A DNA stretch of 64,000 nucleotides, from positions 78,451 through 142,450 of IMG/VR virus record IMGVR_UViG_3300022751_000016. One strand, written 5' to 3'. Positions within the stretch are counted from its first letter, which is position 1, and each line of letters opens with the position of its first letter. This stretch comes from a virus. Below are positions 44,801-53,608 of the stretch, piece by piece. The notes under the pieces were generated by a model, which ran no database searches, was not told where the DNA came from, and was given only the letters and a program-made list of their open reading frames with translations. The translations under genes were made by a program, and so were the position numbers.

Positions 44801-46844
44801 TATTAGCTTCTGTTTGGTCTAATACAAAATCTGTATCTATAGCTTGCTCTGCGGAATTACTAGTTGTAATGTCAGACGCTATAAATCTTTTAATAGTGTT
44901 CGTAATATCTTGAGAATCTTTTAAGGCGTGTTTACCCAACACCATATTTGAAGTGATGGCTCTACCTAATTTAATTCTGTCATCATTGGACATCCCTGCT
45001 ATTTTAACATCTCCCAATAAAGAATTAGAGAAATTATTGTAAGCTTCATAGTCTGAGGCTAATTCTTTAAACTCCGAAATTCTAATTTGTTTGTATTGAG
45101 CTGCTTCTTCTACACTTACACCTAACTGTTGTGCTAAATCTGCATCAGGTGTAGCATTCATAGCTGTTTGAAACTGTTCTATTCCATAATCCACTCCACC
45201 TAAAGAATCTAAATTCTCTAGTACAGCAATCATGCTCTCTCTATTAGCTTGTATTTCACCTGTACTGTCGTCTTTTTTATTGGCAGCATCACTTTTTTCA
45301 ATAGCTCTTGAAATTTTATTATTAGCTATTTGATTATTAATTAACATTCCTACGTGGAAATTGTTATAATTATTTACATTAGCTTCTATATTCTGTCTTT
45401 CTATTGCTGAGTCGTTAAACAATCCTTGTCCTGAAGCTACGCTAGAAAATCCACCGCCAAATGCTCCAATTAACATTCCTAGTCCTACTTCTTTCCACCC
45501 TTCTTTTGTACCATATGTACTAGATAAAGCTTCATATAAAGCTTCTTGCATTCCATAGCTAGTTCTAGTGGCATTTTTATCATAACCACTCAACATAAAG
45601 TTTTTAGCTGTTTCTGACGCTACTTTTTGACCTCCTTCTTCATACAGTCCTTCCGTCACTGCATGTTTACCTATTCCATAAACTCGTGAAAATGCTTTTT
45701 GTGCAGTTGTAGCTTGTATAGCTTCTAAAGTTCCTCTTTCTGTACCTTCTTTAAACCCTACTCCCAATAAATTTTTACTGAACCAAGAATTTGATAATTC
45801 AGGTTTAATAGTTTTACCCATAGCAAGTTTACCGAAGGTTGCCATGTTGGAGCTTCCTACTAAAACCATGTTAGCTGTAAAAACAGCATTTGCAGTGTTT
45901 GTCAGATTATTTTTAAAGTCTTGATACTCTGTTCCATCAGGTGTTCGTCCATTTTGGTTTTCAAAGTTTTTTAACCACTCATCTTCAGTGTTTTTCATAT
46001 ATTGTCTAGCCTCCATAGCCGACTCATATCCTGCCGAAGTCATAGTAAATCTCAAAGCATCTAAAGCCTTAACTGTTTGATTTGCTCTTGTTGCTTGAAC
46101 TACAGAGCCTAAAGACAATGGTGCATTTACAGCATTTCTCATTGGTTGAGTAGCTATTCTTTTACCAAATATCCCTGCTGTCTTTAACTCTGCATTTGTT
46201 AAGTTTCTCGTTAAAGCTCCTGCGCCTCCTCTGGCTAATAGTGAAGTTCCTCCTGTAGCATAAGCCCAAATACCTTCAGAAACAATCGCCCCTGCTGTAA
46301 AGCTCAATCCTCCTAGAAAATCATTTGCCCAGAAATTAGCTGAACCTATACTTCCTCCAAATCCTGCTTCTTTTTCTTGTTCTGTATAATAGTTTGGTAG
46401 CTTATAATCTAATTTTGTATTTAAGTCGTCTAACCATTTATCAAAGTCTGAGTTATATGCTGCTGAGAGAGAACCTTCTTTTACACCAACTATTAAATCA
46501 TTTACAATACCGTAAGTGCCGCCTAAAACTGCTGTTCCTGTTTTTGCAAAGAATTTACTAGCTCCGTTTATCCATTTTTCAGAAGTTGATTGTTGTTCTG
46601 CTAAACGTTGTTCATTATTAATTCCTGGAATAAAACTTTCATACTTAGAAACTTTAGTACCATCATTCATTGTCTGGTAAATAGTTTCTTCTTTGTAAGG
46701 TGTAATACTTTCAAATCTAGGTTTAGTGTCTTCCTGAATATTCCATATTGGACTTAAAGAGGTTTGACTGTCTTGTGTCTCTGGCTTGTAGCTTCCTTTA
46801 ATTCTTTCGTTTAAATAAACTATCTTATTAAAATTATTGTCCAT
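41898..46844 (-). CDS. large virion ejection protein (putative membrane-channel former)
   Basis: 1648 aa; Gly/Ala-rich hydrophobic segments, EGLYEEGGQ motif and long coiled regions. Confidence 0.75.
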   Translation of the reverse strand: MDNNFNKIVYLNERIKGSYKPETQDSQTSLSPIWNIQEDTKPRFESITPYKEETIYQTMNDGTKVSKYESFIPGINNEQRLAEQQSTSEKWINGASKFFAKTGTAVLGGTYGIVNDLIVGVKEGSLSAAYNSDFDKWLDDLNTKLDYKLPNYYTEQEKEAGFGGSIGSANFWANDFLGGLSFTAGAIVSEGIWAYATGGTSLLARGGAGALTRNLTNAELKTAGIFGKRIATQPMRNAVNAPLSLGSVVQATRANQTVKALDALRFTMTSAGYESAMEARQYMKNTEDEWLKNFENQNGRTPDGTEYQDFKNNLTNTANAVFTANMVLVGSSNMATFGKLAMGKTIKPELSNSWFSKNLLGVGFKEGTERGTLEAIQATTAQKAFSRVYGIGKHAVTEGLYEEGGQKVASETAKNFMLSGYDKNATRTSYGMQEALYEALSSTYGTKEGWKEVGLGMLIGAFGGGFSSVASGQGLFNDSAIERQNIEANVNNYNNFHVGMLINNQIANNKISRAIEKSDAANKKDDSTGEIQANRESMIAVLENLDSLGGVDYGIEQFQTAMNATPDADLAQQLGVSVEEAAQYKQIRISEFKELASDYEAYNNFSNSLLGDVKIAGMSNDDRIKLGRAITSNMVLGKHALKDSQDITNTIKRFIASDITTSNSAEQAIDTDFVLDQTEANKKKQYNILDRKSKYLAKTEQDLLRKTLDLQTISNKEDNTEKTRLLNDNAKKLLDVQQEKAEIYNQKQVIVDAINVKNLTGTNITIEMLDNQKENIGKLSESIQALKQVDPQKYAIVQKLIQEQSRAIRNVKGFNETTQTLMNPETRFTLLNGWLSSILKARDYKENEFEYFKSTLESYAENKAEIEIIVRGQKEDNEAYVSFKKGEVVENSYLEKLNSEIKKGNTLTIQQQEILNANSERAEELNVDTIEIEETVEKPKSQIDQKINDILNKNLYTLQYIGEEVLTAEEPTQEEINRYQELLYNNENTEEFQNLTKKLTDWTILEGSVDEYDSSIADLLRIRKALQDNVLRAETKVEYSNTDYDFLTAEINTADTPFLTNSSVVKSPDNALTFVSERDGIRKQNISFLSIEGFARFFPNSEIFSKTRTGLKEFKPSKKEGSKFVIIQEDKEIEVEVGTNSRLVVLENSLNNIPSTLHILSTGVSNQNILFEELANGELIPVKSDFITEDTKGNKVQAVPELVNSKKKGDVLELRVDKEDSYNAQLIQKYNSNPTDQALEELENSLNIYIYGQGSNEVLGQLSATTGNSAITPAFEKNKSIRKETVERMLFSPDRIVGTGQTATVNTVLLGSPNLQAQLDENGNAQPTTIPFTEKALENIVSTGYMQGDDVVYSKSVNDVNLTSVKGITKRNAQFKIPFVVIRYQDKNVAFPIKMNVTQISKSEDLSRIMNTEISADEKAVQVIRLMQGSGISPETYNINFANTDWQTSDELNNLSDALSELELYLSADELADKSFDKNQLLSSAEIAVDITNNPFSTGKLLINLGNVEYQSPVQKRSELQDNVVSLEAELSDEAIQINRQINEAAQIASNLDLTFPEDNTFIQAFSENAVISVGSENLPNISQQVNINILREAISESIPKKVLDIVGKDKIDSIKNKFEKIAELKELMNEAKIQANLRKEVQKVKEC

Positions 46845-49707
46845 TCAAGTTATTTATCAGATTTTCTTTCAAATTATTTATCATTATACTGTATTGTAAA
46901 TAAAAAGAACTGTTATTTTTTTCTCTTCCTGTTAAAGGTTGTGAACTTACTACTTCTTGTCCTGTTGTTGGGTCTGTGTAATATATATCTACCCAGAAAG
47001 GATTATTAGGGTCAGATGTAACTTTTGGCGCAGCTGTAAACTTACTGTTTAAAATAGTATTTATTGGCTGTTGATTTCTTTGGAAGAAGTCCGCACCTCT
47101 GTCTTGTATTATTTGATTTGCAAATTCTATTGTTGTTTTGAATGGAGACTTTGAAGGGTCAGTTTGTAATTGTGCAATCATTTGTTGACTCATCACGTCT
47201 GTTAGGTTTTCTGCTATATTCCTCACCTCTACATTTCTTTTTGCAGCACTAGTTTCAGGTAAAAATGCTTGAGGTGTTAATTTAATATCAGGATTAAAAG
47301 GGCTATTTTTCCAATCTTGTTGTGTTTCATTAAATGTGTCAGAAACTGTTGTTGGTAATGTGTCTACATATATTGATGAACGTTCTTGTCCTAATTTTGT
47401 TTTTTTAGTAAATCCAATTCTATATCCTTCTCCTTCTCGTTGTACTGTATAATCATTACTTCCTTCTGGAACTTCTGGTGCGTCTGAAGAATTTAAAACT
47501 GCTGCTCTTAAAGCTCTTGCTGTAGGTGCTTGCCCTTTATCCAGAGTAGAAAATGTATATGCTTTCTTATCACTTAGATTTTTACTATACCCTGCTGATT
47601 TTTCTTCTATTAGTTTTTTAATTCTTTCATTTTCTACATCAAATTGAGTTTTAGCAGCTATTCCTCCTGATAAGTCTCTACCTTGAATTTCTGTAATATT
47701 AGAATCTGTGTAAAATAAATCTCTATTAACTTCCCTCACATCTTCAAAACTTCTACTTAAGTCTTGAGCCACTAATGCATCCGTAGCTTGTCTTTCTCTT
47801 AATCTAGTATCTGCTATTTCTTGATTATTAAATACTCTATTGAATCCATATTCTAAAGCGTTTGCAACTGGCGCGATTACTTTTTTCTCTAAAGCTAGTG
47901 CACCTGTTAAAATATTTCCTGCATAAATTGAAGCTACTCCAGACCTTTCTTGTGTTGAAGTACTTCCTTTTATAGTGTTTAGAATTACCTTAGAATCTGT
48001 AGTTTTTAAACCTTCTAATTTTGCTTTTAATCCTGTTACAGACCTTTCATATGCAGCTCTTACATCACCTGTTAATTTATTATTATATTGTAAATTACTA
48101 CTTGCAAATTCTGCCATAACTCCATATTTTTGAGCAGTACTTAAATTGTTGAAAGAAGTTATATCTTTTCTCCCTAACATTGTAGCAGTTAATGGCATTG
48201 TAGTGGATAGATTTCTAGTATTTAAGTCGGAAGTTCCTTTACCTTGTAACATTTGATTAAAGATATCTGTTGTGGTAGATTGAATCCCGTCTGTTGTGGT
48301 AGATACTATATTTGCATATTGTTTTTGTGAGGCTTGGAAATCTTCCACTAAATTTCTATACTCTGCTGTATTTCCTTTTATCTTAGGGTTTTCTGCATCA
48401 AGATATAATTTATAATTCCACTTTTCTTTCTCATCTAACAATTTATAATTAGGGTCATTTTTAGCTAGATACAAATCTAAAGCTGCTGCCGAACGATGTG
48501 TAGCTTGTCTAATATTTGTAAAATCAGACTGTTCTTTGTCACCCTCTACTTGCACTACGTCTGTAGTTATTCCTAATGCTGCCTTTCTAGCTACATCCAC
48601 TTTTTCTTGACTCTCTGATAAAGACTTTTGTTTTTGAAAGTTAAATTTCTCTACTTCCAATGCATAATTTCTATCATCTTTGGCTATCTCATAAGCCATT
48701 TTATCAACATCAAACTTAGTTATAATATCTCTATCGTATTCTCCCGCAACATCTCTAGTAACTCTATTAGCATAAGTTTGATACGCATCATTAATAGAAA
48801 AATTTCCTGTTTTTATCTTTATATCATTATCGGAAATTGCTTTTTTAAGTGCAGTTATTTGCGGTTCGTATTGAGCAGCTTCTTCTGCTGACATTCCTTT
48901 CATTTCAGCTAATCCTTGCGCTAAAAAATTTTTATTTTTAGAGTTTTCATCAGAAAGTTGTTCAATCATATAGGCATTAGAATCTGTTCCTATAGTACGC
49001 CTAGCGTTTATTTGCATTTGCGCCATAGCTTTAGAATCTAAAGAGTTAATCAAATGACTTTGAATATCATCTGTTGAAACTCGTATACCAAATTTCTGTA
49101 TGTCATATGGATGTGCTAAGTCTCCTGCTCTCTGTGTACCTAAATATTGTTCCTTACCGTTTTTATCTATGTATGTTTGTGCGTTCTTGTTTAGTAATTC
49201 AGGAACATTTACATAATCATGGTATACCAAATTTCCCACTTTATCTGTTTCTCCACTCATAAAGCTTTGAACTCCTGCCATATTTAAAGCATCTTGATAA
49301 TTACCTTCGTCAAACCTGTCAGGACTTTTTTCTTTTAGTCTTTCAACATCTTTTGAAAAAGCTTGTATCTTTTGACTTTGGTTTATTTCATTCAAAACTG
49401 TTGGGTCTTGAACTATATTTTTTATTTGACTGTTAATTGCTCTGGCTACTCCTGATTTAGATAAATCTCTATCTCCTGAGTTATTTACAAGCTGTGTAAC
49501 AGCATCTAACTTACCTGCCAAGTATTCTTTACCTTTTTGACGTAAGTTTTGTGCTAAAGCCCCGTATTGGTCTACGGTATTTTGTATGGCGTTCTGAGCT
49601 AAATTATACTTCTCCTCTTTAGCCATTGCAACTTTAAACAGTATATCAGTAACATCTGTAGAAATTGTTGTACCATAATGGACGGGTTTGCTGAGATAAT
49701 TACTCAT
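46834..49707 (-). CDS. virion cargo/ejection protein
   Basis: 957 aa, helical and Cys-free, in the position typical of internal virion proteins. Confidence 0.7.
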   Translation of the reverse strand: MSNYLSKPVHYGTTISTDVTDILFKVAMAKEEKYNLAQNAIQNTVDQYGALAQNLRQKGKEYLAGKLDAVTQLVNNSGDRDLSKSGVARAINSQIKNIVQDPTVLNEINQSQKIQAFSKDVERLKEKSPDRFDEGNYQDALNMAGVQSFMSGETDKVGNLVYHDYVNVPELLNKNAQTYIDKNGKEQYLGTQRAGDLAHPYDIQKFGIRVSTDDIQSHLINSLDSKAMAQMQINARRTIGTDSNAYMIEQLSDENSKNKNFLAQGLAEMKGMSAEEAAQYEPQITALKKAISDNDIKIKTGNFSINDAYQTYANRVTRDVAGEYDRDIITKFDVDKMAYEIAKDDRNYALEVEKFNFQKQKSLSESQEKVDVARKAALGITTDVVQVEGDKEQSDFTNIRQATHRSAAALDLYLAKNDPNYKLLDEKEKWNYKLYLDAENPKIKGNTAEYRNLVEDFQASQKQYANIVSTTTDGIQSTTTDIFNQMLQGKGTSDLNTRNLSTTMPLTATMLGRKDITSFNNLSTAQKYGVMAEFASSNLQYNNKLTGDVRAAYERSVTGLKAKLEGLKTTDSKVILNTIKGSTSTQERSGVASIYAGNILTGALALEKKVIAPVANALEYGFNRVFNNQEIADTRLRERQATDALVAQDLSRSFEDVREVNRDLFYTDSNITEIQGRDLSGGIAAKTQFDVENERIKKLIEEKSAGYSKNLSDKKAYTFSTLDKGQAPTARALRAAVLNSSDAPEVPEGSNDYTVQREGEGYRIGFTKKTKLGQERSSIYVDTLPTTVSDTFNETQQDWKNSPFNPDIKLTPQAFLPETSAAKRNVEVRNIAENLTDVMSQQMIAQLQTDPSKSPFKTTIEFANQIIQDRGADFFQRNQQPINTILNSKFTAAPKVTSDPNNPFWVDIYYTDPTTGQEVVSSQPLTGREKNNSSFYLQYSIMINNLKENLINNLNGQ

Positions 49708-50584
49708 TTGGCTTAAAAATTAAAGTTGTTTTATTAAGTTTCTTTCCTGTCAAATATTGAGACAATGTATTTTTACTAATACCTAATTGTCTAGAAGCTT
49801 CCGCACAAGAGCTATAAATAATACCTGTTGCGGTATCTAATACTTCTTTTTTATGTGGTCTTCTATCTGCTTCTTTTACTTGCATACCTTCTACATAGTC
49901 TTTTAAGTATACTAAGTTTGTTCTGTTTTTTGTTTTTCCGTTTAAAAATTCAGCAAGTCTTGACCTATTTATGCCTATTTTTTTACTCGCCTCTCTTATA
50001 GATACAAATGTTTCTAGAGTAATAACATCAATAATCGGCTTAGACCCATAATTATCAGCACCTTTTAATAATTTTCTATTTGGTTGAGGTACGCCCTTCA
50101 TTGGATTTATCTCCATATTAGCATATCTTTCTTTCATAATTATGCTCATACGTTGTTTAAATTCTTCAGACCTAGGTTTACCATATAATGGACAAAGCTC
50201 TCCCTTTCTTCCATACATATAGTGGTTTTCTTTATTTTTAAGACGTTCTTTATTCGCTCTGGATATTTTTTCTCTGCCCTCCTCTGACATTTCTACTACA
50301 CCATCTCCTCCGCTAGTTAGATTTACTAATGTACCTGATTTTAAATCTCTACGACCATACCAAGAAATAAGAGTTGTTTCTATCTCACAAGCCTCATCTT
50401 TAGTTAAACCTGTAGTTAATATTTGAACTTCATAATTAGGATGTTTTTTAACTAGACTTTTCCAATATCTATTCCTAGCCGTTCTATCTTTAGCTCTTTT
50501 TTTATTTTTACTTAATCCTACATAAAACACTTCTCCACATGGTTTTAAGTGTCTATATATATAATAATTTCGTTTTTCTTCCAT
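49700..50584 (-). mobile_element. GIY-YIG-like homing endonuclease with NUMOD3/NUMOD1-like repeats
   Basis: YYIYRH..FYVG..RA..E..LI..YG..LVNLT.GGDG; two (F/Y)xSxxEA HTH repeats. Confidence 0.85.
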
Positions 50585-50598
50585 TAATGTTTTAATTA

Positions 50599-50625
50599 AA
50601 AAGCCCCACGTTGTATTGTGAGGCT
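50599..50625 (-). terminator. terminator-like hairpin upstream of the endonuclease
   Basis: Minus strand AGCCTCAC-AATACAAC-GTGGGGCT followed by a T-run, directly after a TATCTTTA -7-like box. Confidence 0.6.
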
Positions 50626-50662
50626 GTAAAGATAATTATAATAAACTGTTATCTAAAATTGG

Positions 50663-53608
50663 TTATTTTTTCTGTGACTTCAAATCTTTCGCTATTTGTT
50701 TTTGTCTTGTTTCTGGTAATTTATTTATATCTACGTATTGTGTAGCTGGACTTCCCATAGTAGGTGTGCTTATGATATTAGAATTACTGTCTACAAAATT
50801 CACTTGACCATTATTGATTTTATATTTGTCAAATAATTGATTGTAAGCGTTTATTTTATTACGTTCTAATTCTGCTAATTGTCCTTGTTCATTATACTTA
50901 TTAAAATAATTTTGCAAGCTTTGTTCATAAGCATTTTGTCCACCAAACACCTGATTTTGGTAATCTTGTCTAAACTGTTGGTTAGTGATGTCAGCTTTGA
51001 AATCTAAATTAGCTTGTTGTAATCTCGCTGCATTTTCTGCTTGTTGATTAGCCACTTCTGCTTGTGAAATCGCTTGATTTGCTACAGATTGATTTTGAGC
51101 AAAACTTGCTGCTAACATTGCCGCTCTTTGAGAATCAGGTAAAAATCCTAATTGTTCTTGTGTTGCAATGCTTTGTCTGGCTAATTCAACCAAATTAGGT
51201 TCTACTGTTGTTTTAACAAAATCTGTTCTAACATTTGGTGCTTGCACTCCTGCCAACATTACAGGCTGAACTGCTGATGGTTGCATATACAAAGGTTGAA
51301 ATCTGAAATTGTTTTCACCTAATTGTCTTGCTGTTGGTTCTTTTTGAGGCGCATTATTTGCGACATCTGCTATTGTAGGCTCTACAATATTTGGCGTTGG
51401 TAAAACTGCTGAAGTGGTTATTTGATTTGCATTATCTCCAATTACAGGTTGTAATTCTGAACCAATTGGTGCTAAAACTCCTCTCCAATCGTACTTCTCA
51501 TCATTGAATTGGTCTAACCAGAATTGATTGTTTAATTCACTTCCTAAAACACCTTTCAAAGCTTCTTTTTCTTGTGGAGTATATTGAGAAGCTTGTTTAT
51601 TAGCTTCTATTCCCGCCTGTTTAAATGCATCAGGATATTGATTTTTTATAATTTCAACACCTTTTGCTGTCATTGGCTGAGTTTGAAAATAGTCCACTAC
51701 TAATTCAGGCTTATTTTCCACCATCCATTTTTGGAGTTTTCCTGCTTCTCTGTTTAAATCTTTGGCTTGTACATCTATGTTTCCTTGATATCCAAAAGCT
51801 TGCATATTTTGAGCCCAATCTCTGAATCTGCTTCTTCTGTCTTCATTAGTGTAACCTCCTTCTTGCATATATTTAGCTTGTAAATCCCCATTCTTTTTTG
51901 GAATTTTTTCTTGTCTGCTAAATACATCTTCAAAAGCTTTACTTCTATAGTCTCTTAAAGGAATTTGCTTATCTTTTATTTCTTGCATTTTACCTGTCAA
52001 GAACTGTGTATTTAATTCTTGTGAGTTTTCATCTGACTCTGAATTAGTAATTACTTTTTCTAGTTGTTCTGTTAATTTAACTTCTTCATCAATTAGCTTT
52101 TCTAATCCTGATTTCTTAGTTATTTTATCTAAAACCGTTGCAAATGTATCTTTTGATGAAATTTTTACATCATATTCTTTTGAGAGTTGTTTCGCGTTGT
52201 CTGCACCTACTTTAGTGAAGTTAGAAATTATTTTAGCGTCTTCTAAATTCATTCCCACTCCTCCGTCTTCATGACTATCACCAACTACTTTTTTAATTTC
52301 CCCTGTCTTATTATCTTTTATATACTCTCCATCCTCTACTTCAACTGTTATTGGTGCGCCATTTGGTTCTTCTACGGCATATTCTCCCGTCAGAGATTCT
52401 GCACCAGAGATTTTTCCTCCTTCTTGTGCTTGTGGAACTTGACTTTGTAGAGCATCCATCATCTGTTGTAGTGAAGCTTGTTGTTGCTCTGGACGCATTT
52501 GTTGAAGCTGAGCTACTATTGCTTGCGGGTCTTGTTGTGTGAGCTGTGAAAATGCTTGTATTATTTCTTCTGGTGATGGAGATTGCGAACCCATTTCTCC
52601 TCCCTCTTGAAACATAGCTACTTGTCTTTGTTTAGGTCTTGGTGCACCTACATAAGTCATGTATTCAGGAGATTGTTGATATCCTTCCCATTGACTATAA
52701 GGAACTGTTGTATAATCTCTACCTTGTACAGGCTCTTGTTTACCTACAAACCATTCGGGTTTTTGAGTTCTCCAAACTTTTCTGTCAGTGAATTGTCCAT
52801 CTGAAGTGATATCTCTAATAGGTAGTTTTGAATAATCTGTTTGTGCAGGTTGTTGAGCTGCTCTTTGTGCCGATTGTCTGTCAAATTCTTCTTCAGTTAC
52901 AAAATATCCCGACTTGCCAAATTCAGGTGTAATTTGCATTCCTCCAAATAGGTTATTAGTATTTATGTCATTCACTTGCGCATCTGTTAGAGGTCTTTGA
53001 ATAGTTCCTCCTTCTTGAGCATAAACAGGTTTTCTCCAGTCCGTGTATTGATTTTGTTGGTATTGGTTGGCGGCATACTGATTAGCTTTACCTGCTGAAT
53101 AAGATGATAAGCCTTCTCTTAGCATTCCTAGTCCTGCTTTACTCAATCCTAATACACCGCTTGTGGTATTTCCTCTACCAAGATTATAAAGCCCATATTG
53201 TAGAGCAGCTTGATTTTCTATTCCACCATCAGGCGTATTTGTAATATTAGCGTCTACCCAATTTCTATAACCGTTTGTTTGAGTCTCGTCATTGTATGTT
53301 TGTGGTGTGTATCCTATATTAGTTTCTACATTACCCTGTATATTTTCAGGAAGTGGATTTCTATTTGCCCAATTTTGACCAAATGCTAAATTTTGTTCAG
53401 CAATAGCTTGATTAGATAACTGTCCCATTCCATTACCAAATCCATAATTATTTTCTTGCAAATTAGGAGTGTACCCTATGTTTTCAGGTACTTGGTATCC
53501 CAGAGCTTGTTGCTGAAAATTAAAAGGATTTATGTTCATTCCAAATTGAGCTTTTGGTACGTAGTTTTGAAATGCTTTTTTTATTTGTTCTTCTTGCTTA
53601 TTTTTCAT
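50663..53608 (-). CDS. Q/N-rich internal virion protein with repeated QEGG motifs
   Basis: 981 aa; four QEGG motifs; EVEDGEY..GDSHEDGGV domain; Cys-free. Confidence 0.75.
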   Translation of the reverse strand: MKNKQEEQIKKAFQNYVPKAQFGMNINPFNFQQQALGYQVPENIGYTPNLQENNYGFGNGMGQLSNQAIAEQNLAFGQNWANRNPLPENIQGNVETNIGYTPQTYNDETQTNGYRNWVDANITNTPDGGIENQAALQYGLYNLGRGNTTSGVLGLSKAGLGMLREGLSSYSAGKANQYAANQYQQNQYTDWRKPVYAQEGGTIQRPLTDAQVNDINTNNLFGGMQITPEFGKSGYFVTEEEFDRQSAQRAAQQPAQTDYSKLPIRDITSDGQFTDRKVWRTQKPEWFVGKQEPVQGRDYTTVPYSQWEGYQQSPEYMTYVGAPRPKQRQVAMFQEGGEMGSQSPSPEEIIQAFSQLTQQDPQAIVAQLQQMRPEQQQASLQQMMDALQSQVPQAQEGGKISGAESLTGEYAVEEPNGAPITVEVEDGEYIKDNKTGEIKKVVGDSHEDGGVGMNLEDAKIISNFTKVGADNAKQLSKEYDVKISSKDTFATVLDKITKKSGLEKLIDEEVKLTEQLEKVITNSESDENSQELNTQFLTGKMQEIKDKQIPLRDYRSKAFEDVFSRQEKIPKKNGDLQAKYMQEGGYTNEDRRSRFRDWAQNMQAFGYQGNIDVQAKDLNREAGKLQKWMVENKPELVVDYFQTQPMTAKGVEIIKNQYPDAFKQAGIEANKQASQYTPQEKEALKGVLGSELNNQFWLDQFNDEKYDWRGVLAPIGSELQPVIGDNANQITTSAVLPTPNIVEPTIADVANNAPQKEPTARQLGENNFRFQPLYMQPSAVQPVMLAGVQAPNVRTDFVKTTVEPNLVELARQSIATQEQLGFLPDSQRAAMLAASFAQNQSVANQAISQAEVANQQAENAARLQQANLDFKADITNQQFRQDYQNQVFGGQNAYEQSLQNYFNKYNEQGQLAELERNKINAYNQLFDKYKINNGQVNFVDSNSNIISTPTMGSPATQYVDINKLPETRQKQIAKDLKSQKK

